Shown here one piece after another: positions 56,697 to 64,000 of a stretch of DNA of 64,000 nt (the stretch's first letter is position 1; each line of letters opens with the position of its first letter). The position numbers and the translations under genes were made by a program. A model generated the notes under the pieces. It did not search any database, was not told the DNA's origin, and was given only the letters and a program-made list of their open reading frames with translations. The stretch spans positions 3,415 through 67,414 of the forward strand of contig CACIED010000002.1 of the NCBI GenBank assembly GCA_902585605.1, in the 5' to 3' direction. The DNA is from an uncultured Alphaproteobacteria bacterium. Its GTDB lineage: Bacteria; Pseudomonadota; Alphaproteobacteria; HIMB59; GCA-002718135.

Positions 56697-57794
56697 TTAG
56701 TTACCTATAAAATCTAGAGCTCTGCAGTCCTGTGAATCCCAGCCTAGAAGCACTTCTGATCCATTTTCAAAAGAGAATGTGTTTGAAGCATTAGGTACTT
56801 TTAATATGAAATCACTTTGATCTAATAAGCTGACCCTAAGTCTTGTGTGATCTCCATGATAGATAACCTCTTCAATTTTTGCTTTAAATTTGTTTGGAAT
56901 TTCATCTGAAGGATTTATTAAAACCCTCTCAGGTCTAAGAGACATACTAGTGGCGTCACCAATATTATTGGAAATAACTGGATTTGCATGAATTGTTTCG
57001 CCATTATTAGTTTTTACTTTACATTGCCTTGAATCACTTTCAATAATTGTTCCGTTAATAATATTATTTTCTCCAATAAATCTTGCTACGAAAGAATTGG
57101 TAGGTCTTTCATAAAGTTCATTAGGACTTGATAATTGTTGTATATGTCCATCGTTAAATACAGCAATTCTATTTGACATTGTTAGAGCCTCACCTTGATC
57201 ATGAGTAACATAAACAATTGTTACACCTAGGGTTTCATGAATGTGTTTTAATTCATATTGCATACTTTCTCTTAAATTTTTATCAAGAGCACCCAAAGGC
57301 TCATCCATCAAAACTAATTTTGGTTCAAAAACAAGTGCTCTAGCAACAGCAACTCTTTGTTGTTGACCTCCAGAGAGCTGGTTTGGCATTCTATTTTCAA
57401 AGTTTGTAAGAGATACCATATCAAGTGCTTTATTAATCTTATTTTCTATTTCATCATTCTGAATTTTTCTTACTCTCAAGGGAAAGGCTAGATTTTCATA
57501 AACTGTCATATGAGGAAATAAAGCATAGTTTTGAAAAACCATACCAATTCCTCTTTTATGAGGTGTAATGCTACTGATTGGTTTTTTATCTAAGTATATT
57601 TCACCACTTGTTGGATTTTCAAAACCAGCTAACATCATTAAGGTTGTTGTTTTCCCAGATCCAGATGGTCCTAGTAAAGTTAAGAATTCACCTTCGGCAA
57701 TATCTAAATTAAGATTTTTAACAACAAGCTCTTTACCATCGTAGCTTTTATCAATTTTTTCAAAGCGAACAAAAGTATTAGAAGATTGAGGCAT
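56697..57794 (-). CDS. potA: ABC ATP-binding protein PotA-like
   Basis: GPSGSGKTT, FQNYALFPH, LSGGQQQR, MDEPLGALD and TOBE tail. Confidence 0.92.
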   Translation of the reverse strand: MPQSSNTFVRFEKIDKSYDGKELVVKNLNLDIAEGEFLTLLGPSGSGKTTTLMMLAGFENPTSGEIYLDKKPISSITPHKRGIGMVFQNYALFPHMTVYENLAFPLRVRKIQNDEIENKINKALDMVSLTNFENRMPNQLSGGQQQRVAVARALVFEPKLVLMDEPLGALDKNLRESMQYELKHIHETLGVTIVYVTHDQGEALTMSNRIAVFNDGHIQQLSSPNELYERPTNSFVARFIGENNIINGTIIESDSRQCKVKTNNGETIHANPVISNNIGDATSMSLRPERVLINPSDEIPNKFKAKIEEVIYHGDHTRLRVSLLDQSDFILKVPNASNTFSFENGSEVLLGWDSQDCRALDFIGN

Positions 57795-57948
57795 GTTAGT
57801 TTTATTTAAAAAATGAAATAAAGGTGGTAAGAGGAATAGTCAAAACCTTATTTTGTTAAATGTATTTTTTTAAGTATTACTTGAATATAAGATACAAATA
57901 TATTTCAATTGTAGAAAATTTCTCAATAATAAAGGTAAAAAGTAACTT

Positions 57949-59103
57949 TTATTTTAACTGTTGTTCTACCAATTCAGTCCAATAAGATGAACCAATAACC
58001 AAAAGCTCGTCGTTAAAATCATAATTGTCAGCGTGTAAAGGTCTTGAATACTGCTCTGAAGTACCATTCCCCATTAAAATAAAACATCCAGGTTTTTCAC
58101 TAGTCATCATAGAAAAATCTTCAGAAAAAAGGCAAGGTTTAATATCTCCATTACATTTATCATTCCCAAGTATTGAAATCGCAGCTTTAGTTGCTGCATC
58201 AGCTTGAATTTTTGAATTGAAGGTTACTGGACAGGCTGTTTCATATTTGACACTACCATTAACACCATGTGCATTGCAAATGCCTTCGACAATTTGTAAC
58301 ATTTTTGAAGCAATTTTCTCATTTGTTTCTTTTGATAAAGCTCTTGCATCTCCTTTCATTGTAACATTGCCTGGTAGAACATTTTTTTTACCATCAGATA
58401 TAAATTCAGTAATAGAAAGTATACCATTATCCGCTGGATTTAATTTTCTAGAAACTATTGATTGAAGAGCTACAGCTATTTGAGAACCAACAGTTATTGC
58501 ATCAACACCCATATGGGGTAAAGCAGCATGTCCTCCCTTAGCTTTAATTTCAATTTCAAATAAATTTTCACTTGCTGTAATAGCACCTTTTCTAGTTCCA
58601 AAAGTTCCTATTTCCATATTAGGAATATTATGCATGGCATAAACTTCGTCTATATTAAATTTATTAAATAAACCCTCGTCAATCATGGTTCTGGCGCCAA
58701 AAGTATTCTCTTCATCAGGTTGAAAAATAAAATATACCGTACCGTTAAAGTTACCTTTTTCTGATAAATATTTTGCTGCACCTAATAAAATTGTTGTGTG
58801 ACCGTCATGTCCACATGCATGCATTCTGTTATCAAACTTGGACTTATAACTAAAATTATTAGTTTCTTGTATAGGAAGAGCATCCATGTCAGCTCTTATA
58901 CCTATTGATTTTGAACTATTTCCTTTTTTTAAAATTCCAACTACTCCAGTTCTGGCAATACCAGAATGAACTTCTATTCCGAACTCTTTTAAAAGTGTTG
59001 ACACTTTTGCTGCAGCATACTCTTCTTCAAAACTTAATTGTGGGTGCATGTGAAGATCATGTCGCCATTCTACTAATTGGTTATGTAATGACTGTGTTTT
59101 CAT
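57949..59103 (-). CDS. M20D amidohydrolase (aminoacylase/hippurate hydrolase-like)
   Basis: HMHPQLSFEE, RADMDALP, MHACGHDGH, FQPDEE, GGHAA.PH, SEDF and LH...YDFND. Confidence 0.92.
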   Translation of the reverse strand: MKTQSLHNQLVEWRHDLHMHPQLSFEEEYAAAKVSTLLKEFGIEVHSGIARTGVVGILKKGNSSKSIGIRADMDALPIQETNNFSYKSKFDNRMHACGHDGHTTILLGAAKYLSEKGNFNGTVYFIFQPDEENTFGARTMIDEGLFNKFNIDEVYAMHNIPNMEIGTFGTRKGAITASENLFEIEIKAKGGHAALPHMGVDAITVGSQIAVALQSIVSRKLNPADNGILSITEFISDGKKNVLPGNVTMKGDARALSKETNEKIASKMLQIVEGICNAHGVNGSVKYETACPVTFNSKIQADAATKAAISILGNDKCNGDIKPCLFSEDFSMMTSEKPGCFILMGNGTSEQYSRPLHADNYDFNDELLVIGSSYWTELVEQQLK

Positions 59104-59106
59104 AAC

Positions 59107-60549
59107 CTACATATTATTAAATTCATTAATCTTATTATCTAGAGAAAGCATATAATCATAATGTGAATTCCAAAATTTTTGATCTTTTCTTTTTTCAAAT
59201 TCTTCAAGACTTACACCTTGCTGCTCTACCCAAGTAAAGTACCCTAAATTAAATATTCTTTTCTTATCCATGTAAGAAAGTTCTAGCATATTATCAGTAG
59301 ATATTCCTGATAAGTGTTGTCCAAACATTTCAGCACAAACTATTTCATCATAATTATTTTTAAAATCAGCAATAGTCTTGTTTAACTCTGACATATATAA
59401 ATCTGCACCATCTGTAGCAACTGTTATAATTGCGTCATCACTATTTAAATCCATATATTTAGCTAGTTTTATTGATGCCAATATATTTGCTATTGCTGAA
59501 AAGCCAAATTCTGGAAGTCGAGAAACAAAATCAGGATCAAAATTTTTTTTCTCAATTAAAAACTTTTTTCCTATTTCAGTATTAAAAATCATATTTAAAT
59601 TATTAGTAGCTTGATCAGATACATCGACAACAAAATCTGTATTCATTACATTATGAATAAGGGGAACATGTTTGTCACCAATTCCTTGTATGTTATGTTC
59701 ACCATACCCTCCATGAAGCAATGTTGGACACTCCAAAGCTTCAACAACTGCAATCTTCGTCTGTAATTTATCTTTAAGATAATCTCCTGCTGCTAGAGTA
59801 CCACTTGATCCTGAAGCACTCACATAAAATCTGGGAACTAAATTACTGTTACCTTTAACTTTAAGAAATGATTTTTCAAACGATGGACCAGTTACAGAAC
59901 GATGAATACCGTAATTATAATATTCATCAAATTGATTTATTATATCATTTTGATTATCTTTTTTTAATTCATTACAAGCATCGTAGATTTCTTTAACATT
60001 ACTTTCTGTACCTTTTGTTTTTATGATATTTTTTTTATCTTCAACCCAATTATTTAACCATTCAAATCTCTCATTACTCATTCCTTCAGGAAGTATTGCA
60101 ATACTATTTAGTCCCATTATACGAGATATTGCCACTCCACCCCTACAATAATTTCCTGTTGAAGGCCAAACTGCTTTATGTTTTTCATAATCAAAAGTGC
60201 CATTCAATATTCTTGGAAGCAAACAACCATAAGCTGCCAAAACTTTATGAGCTGTTATTAAAGGAAAATATCGTCCCATATTTACAATTATCTTTGCCTT
60301 AACACCTGTAAATTCTGTTGGAAGTACAATATATTCAGGCTCATTTCCAAAACCTGATTGATCTCTTTTATTAAACCAATGAACTCTAAAGAGGTTAAGA
60401 GGATTGATATCATTATTATTTATTTTTTTTAGAGAATTTTTAATATCATGATTAATAATTTGAGGATCTTGTAGTTCACTTATATTTGGCAAGACAACTC
60501 CTTTTGATTTGAAATAATCAGACGTTTTTTTTATTATTGCTTGACTCAT
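59107..60549 (-). CDS. PLP-dependent fold-type II (TrpB/CysK-like) enzyme of unknown function
   Basis: AHKVLAAY (candidate PLP lysine), WPSTGNY, SASGSSGT, HNIQGIGDKH; 480 aa. Confidence 0.75.
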   Translation of the reverse strand: MSQAIIKKTSDYFKSKGVVLPNISELQDPQIINHDIKNSLKKINNNDINPLNLFRVHWFNKRDQSGFGNEPEYIVLPTEFTGVKAKIIVNMGRYFPLITAHKVLAAYGCLLPRILNGTFDYEKHKAVWPSTGNYCRGGVAISRIMGLNSIAILPEGMSNERFEWLNNWVEDKKNIIKTKGTESNVKEIYDACNELKKDNQNDIINQFDEYYNYGIHRSVTGPSFEKSFLKVKGNSNLVPRFYVSASGSSGTLAAGDYLKDKLQTKIAVVEALECPTLLHGGYGEHNIQGIGDKHVPLIHNVMNTDFVVDVSDQATNNLNMIFNTEIGKKFLIEKKNFDPDFVSRLPEFGFSAIANILASIKLAKYMDLNSDDAIITVATDGADLYMSELNKTIADFKNNYDEIVCAEMFGQHLSGISTDNMLELSYMDKKRIFNLGYFTWVEQQGVSLEEFEKRKDQKFWNSHYDYMLSLDNKINEFNNM

Positions 60550-60552
60550 AAA

Positions 60553-61527
60553 TTAAATATTAATGCCCAAATTATTATTTTTACAAAGATTATAAGCAAA
60601 TCTTGCTATTGCAGTATCTTGTACGCCAGTTCCTGTCAAATCACATATCGTAATATCTTCTTTATTTTTTCTTCCTAAACTTGGATCGTTAATAATATCA
60701 CCAAGTTCGTTAAATTTTTCTTTAGAAGAAATTATATTTTGTTTTAAAGCATGATGTAATTCACCCAAAACACTTGTTTGTAATTGATTGTCAGGCACAT
60801 ATTGATCACAATGTTTTAACATATGAGGATCTAATTCGTTTTTTTGTTCTGAATCTGATCCCATTGCCGTTATGTGGGTTCCTTTTTTTATCCAATCAAA
60901 TTCTAATAGAGGTATTTTGCTAGGAGTTGTTGTTACAATTATTTCTGATGATCTTGCCAATTCTGTACAAGAAGATGCTACATGTAAATCTAAATCTAAA
61001 TCTTTAAAACTTTCAATAAATTGATTTGCTTTTATCTGATCTCTTGACCAGACTATTATTTTATTAATTTTTCTAACTAACATTATTGCTTGAAGTTGTA
61101 ATCTGGCTTGAATTCCAGCTCCAATAATACCAACAGAATTAGCATTTTGATTTGATAAATATTTTGTAGCTATTGCTCCTGCTATAGCTGTTCTTGTATC
61201 AGTCAGATAACCTTCATCTAATAAAACAGATTTTACAACTCCAGTCTTTGAATCTAATAAAACCATGAGTCCATTACTAGATGGCAAACCAAGTTTGGGA
61301 TTATCAAAAAAACCTGAAGCGATTTTTATTGCAAAACTATCAAGACCCTCAACGTATGCAGCTTTAACATCTGATTCACCATGATATTTTTCAATATCAA
61401 TTCTCATTATAGGTGGCATCATTACCAATCCCTTTGATAAACTTATGAAAGCCTCCTCTATTATTGGTATGAGATTTTTATTCAAATTTACATGTTGAAT
61501 AATATCATTTTTATTAAGGATGAGCAT
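60553..61527 (-). CDS. eutC: Cyclodeaminase, ectoine utilization EutC-like
   Basis: MPPIMRIDI..YHGE.DVK.AY, SGFFDNPKLGLPS.NGLM, GYLTD.RTA, MGSD...K.E and DLTGTGVQDTAIA. Confidence 0.88.
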   Translation of the reverse strand: MLILNKNDIIQHVNLNKNLIPIIEEAFISLSKGLVMMPPIMRIDIEKYHGESDVKAAYVEGLDSFAIKIASGFFDNPKLGLPSSNGLMVLLDSKTGVVKSVLLDEGYLTDTRTAIAGAIATKYLSNQNANSVGIIGAGIQARLQLQAIMLVRKINKIIVWSRDQIKANQFIESFKDLDLDLHVASSCTELARSSEIIVTTTPSKIPLLEFDWIKKGTHITAMGSDSEQKNELDPHMLKHCDQYVPDNQLQTSVLGELHHALKQNIISSKEKFNELGDIINDPSLGRKNKEDITICDLTGTGVQDTAIARFAYNLCKNNNLGINI

Positions 61528-62476
61528 AGCTTAAAACTTTGTTAAATAGTTCCGAGTCAATATTTCCACCACAAATTAAACAAATTATATTTTTTCCTAA
61601 GTGCGATGTTAGTTTTTCTTTAACAACCATTACACTTGTTGCTGCAGCACCTTCAGATACAATTTTATGTTCTAAAAAATTTATTCTAATCCCTTCAGCT
61701 ATTTTTTCTTCACTTACTAAAACAAAGTCATCAACATATTTTTGTACAATATTAAATGTAAATTTGTTATCTAAACCAATACTACCCCCTAAACAATCAG
61801 CTAAAGTTTCAGTTTCCTCTACATCAACAGGTCTGCCTTCTTTTAGACTTTCATACATTGAAGGGCCTCTTTCCATAGATACGGCAATAATTTTTGTGTC
61901 AGGTTTTTGAAGTTTAATAGCCTGAGCAATTCCAGATATAAGACCACCTCCAGATGTTGGTATTATTACAGTATCAACTTCAGGAAACTCATTAAGCATT
62001 TCAAGGCCAACTGTACCTTGACCAATAATAATATCTTCATCATCAAAAGGATGAATTAATGGGATATTTTTTTCTTTCGCAATTTGTTTAGCATACAAAT
62101 CTGCTTCATCACTATTCTTTCCAATAATTTCTACTTTTGCTCCTAATTTTTCAATAGCTTCTTTTCTATATTCTGGAACCATTGAAGACATATATATTGT
62201 TGATTGAATGCCCAATACCTTTGAAGCATAAGCAACGCCTTTGCCGTGATTGCCTGTAGAAACTGCAATGACTCCTTTGCTTTTGTCATCTTCATTTAAA
62301 GAAAGAAGCTTATTAACCGCACCTCTTAACTTAAATGAACCAGTGATTTGAAAATTTTCTAATTTTAGTTTTACTTTATTACTTTTTGATAAGAAATGAG
62401 AATTAATTAATGGTGTATAATTTACATAAGGTAAAATTTTCTTATGTGCATCTTGTATTTGTTGAAGTGTGATCAA
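61514..62476 (-). CDS. eutB: PLP dehydratase, hydroxyectoine utilization EutB-like (threonine dehydratase family)
   Basis: TGSFKLRGA, STGNHG, IHPFDD, SGGGL, LAD.LGG.IGL.N..TF and GGNID. Confidence 0.85.
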   Translation of the reverse strand: MITLQQIQDAHKKILPYVNYTPLINSHFLSKSNKVKLKLENFQITGSFKLRGAVNKLLSLNEDDKSKGVIAVSTGNHGKGVAYASKVLGIQSTIYMSSMVPEYRKEAIEKLGAKVEIIGKNSDEADLYAKQIAKEKNIPLIHPFDDEDIIIGQGTVGLEMLNEFPEVDTVIIPTSGGGLISGIAQAIKLQKPDTKIIAVSMERGPSMYESLKEGRPVDVEETETLADCLGGSIGLDNKFTFNIVQKYVDDFVLVSEEKIAEGIRINFLEHKIVSEGAAATSVMVVKEKLTSHLGKNIICLICGGNIDSELFNKVLSYAHP

Positions 62477-62488
62477 TTTAAACCCTAT

Positions 62489-63244
62489 TTAATGTAATTT
62501 AAATAGGTTACCAAAACCATCAATTTTTTGATTAATATTAGATAATCTCAATGAATCCCAAATAATAGCTTGATTACTTGAAATGATATCTGTGCTTAAT
62601 TTTGATTCTAAAGTTTCAATAATATCAATTACTTTTAATGCAGTACAAGAAACAAAAATACTATCAACATCTGTTAAATCAATTGAGGAAATTGTTTGCA
62701 TTAAACTATCATGAGTAACTTTGGCAATTTCCGTATCATAATTTAAATTAAATGAACTAAATGATTTAATTTCAAATCCACTATCAATTAAATATTCGTA
62801 AACTTTAACATTAACATCTTTTGGATAAGGGGTAAGAACAGCAATTTTATTATGGTTAAGCAATTTAAGTGCTTTGACAGCTGCCGTAATAGGTGTCGTA
62901 ATTAGAGCATCAGGTTTAGCTTTGTAAATTTCAGATCTTATTCTTTTTTCACCAATTTCAATAGTACCCGAAGTACATCCATACGCTACAACTTGTATTT
63001 TTTCTTTGGGTAATATTTGGTTTGTTGTTTCTGTAAGATGATCTGCCATCCTCATATAATTTTCATGAGTTAAAGGATTTAAAAAAGGTATTCTATTAAA
63101 AAATAGATCAACTGGTAAATTATGGCAAATTTTTCTAAAATCCTGCTCAATAGTAAAATCAGTTGATAAAGTAATTATACCAATTCTAGAAAAGTTTGTA
63201 TCACGTAAATTGGCTTTAAAATTATTTTGATTAAAACTATCCAT
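62489..63244 (-). CDS. eutA: Asp/Glu racemase / maleate isomerase family, EutA-like
   Basis: RIG.I.LSTD.T.E.DF, RIPF.NP.T.EN, YGCTSG, LTPY, FVSCTAL and SSNQA..W. Confidence 0.8.
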   Translation of the reverse strand: MDSFNQNNFKANLRDTNFSRIGIITLSTDFTIEQDFRKICHNLPVDLFFNRIPFLNPLTHENYMRMADHLTETTNQILPKEKIQVVAYGCTSGTIEIGEKRIRSEIYKAKPDALITTPITAAVKALKLLNHNKIAVLTPYPKDVNVKVYEYLIDSGFEIKSFSSFNLNYDTEIAKVTHDSLMQTISSIDLTDVDSIFVSCTALKVIDIIETLESKLSTDIISSNQAIIWDSLRLSNINQKIDGFGNLFKLH

Positions 63245-64000
63245 TATTGATTTGGAAAATAATCCTCACACTCACCTTCTCTATAAACATCAGTAGTGGC
63301 ACAATGTAGACTGCCCCCAAACGCATAAACATCTCTAAAAGGAACAGGAATAACATCTAATCCAAAACTTTCCATTTGTTTAATCATTTTTTCTTCAGTC
63401 GCTTCGACACAAATAGTTTTAGGATCAATTATCAAAACGTTCATTGATAACCAGATTGATGAATAACACATAGGTGGTGGACTATTATGAATAGAAGGAG
63501 CTGCTTCATGAATTTCCCATTTATTATCATCAAAAATTTTTCTTTGCTCTGATGATATTTTTCTATTCGGATTAATAATTATAATTCCTGGTTTAATAGG
63601 AGTAAAACATGCATCAATGTGAGTTGGAATTAAATCACCTGGTAAATTAATTTGATGAACACGATGATTTGAATAATGTCTTCTGAGCCAATCTAAGCCG
63701 CTTAAATTTGATGTAAAATTGTTATGATAGAAAAGATCTTTACCGAAGCGTAAAATTTCGGCAGCATCAAAAAGTGGTTCTTTTTCTGTCAATATCATGT
63801 CTCTATTTTCGATTTTTTTATATCGTTCTTCTTCCGTTATGCCTTCAGGAAGATAATTAGACTTATAAGATTGATTTGTTAATCTTGGTTTAGGTGCCGA
63901 CTCCCATCTCATATTTTTATCTTCTGAATAATATTTTTCAAGTAATGGTCTATAAGCAAGGTACTCAAACCATCTACATCTGTAAGACATGGGTGCCTCT
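63244..64000 (-). CDS. Amidinotransferase (pentein superfamily, L-arginine:glycine amidinotransferase-like); 5' part outside window
   Basis: The frame stays open past the track start (63991-63999 encode EAP before MSYRCRWFEY). APKP, FDAA, HIDA, NP.R, SS.WLSMN and GGSLHC.T.DV.R match AGAT. Confidence 0.9.
   Translation of the reverse strand, partial: EAPMSYRCRWFEYLAYRPLLEKYYSEDKNMRWESAPKPRLTNQSYKSNYLPEGITEEERYKKIENRDMILTEKEPLFDAAEILRFGKDLFYHNNFTSNLSGLDWLRRHYSNHRVHQINLPGDLIPTHIDACFTPIKPGIIIINPNRKISSEQRKIFDDNKWEIHEAAPSIHNSPPPMCYSSIWLSMNVLIIDPKTICVEATEEKMIKQMESFGLDVIPVPFRDVYAFGGSLHCATTDVYREGECEDYFPNQ

Noticed and set aside
1204-62000. Short ORFs in the track lying antisense to or inside long genes (e.g. 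1204-1503, 5044-5253, 9181-9474, 33416-33862, 46109-46564, 61539-61910)
   Set aside because: They are shadows of well-supported genes on the other strand or frame, and show no recognisable motifs.
1-64000. tRNA, rRNA, CRISPR array, IS/transposase, integrase or prophage
   Set aside because: None seen. The intergenic gaps are too short and carry no cloverleaf or repeat-spacer pattern, and no ORF has mobility motifs.

Overview
This is a very AT-rich (roughly 28-30% GC by eye, not computed), tightly packed stretch of a streamlined marine alphaproteobacterial chromosome. It looks SAR11/Pelagibacterales-like, and the richness in sugar transporters suggests the HIMB59/AEGEAN-169 type (inference). 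I count 60 CDS, two of them cut by the window edges, and see no tRNA, rRNA, IS, prophage, CRISPR or transcription-factor gene. Positions 1-10.2 kb hold core genes: LysE, dipeptidase, cyclophilin, RidA, FemAB-like GNAT, clpA-clpS, D,D-carboxypeptidase, PMM/PGM and ugd. The remaining ~54 kb is a run of catabolic and uptake modules: (1) MocD-like di-iron oxygenase + ALDH + CUT2 sugar ABC; (2) thuAB-aglEFGK without an alpha-glucosidase, flanked by a shortened glpD, a HAD and a glycerate-kinase-like gene; (3) a 12-gene amino-sugar operon (GH20, ABC, nagA, two SIS proteins, GMC oxidoreductase, enolase-superfamily enzyme) with no NagK; (4) galK, a BBOX-like dioxygenase, inositol/aldose dehydrogenases and a UxaA-family dehydratase; (5) a GS-like/ALDH/Fe-ADH gamma-glutamylation triad; (6) diverged duplicates of a PotD-like SBP and of a cyclophilin; (7) a Pot-type ABC transporter with a DadA-like oxidase; (8) an amidinotransferase-eutA-eutB-eutC-PLP enzyme-M20 amidohydrolase operon lacking eutD/eutE in the visible part. 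Module 8 is the best candidate for an undescribed pathway. A ~150-nt rod-like structured intergenic element (22301-22448) and a family of hairpins downstream of SBP genes are also notable. All family calls come from motif recognition; no database search was run.
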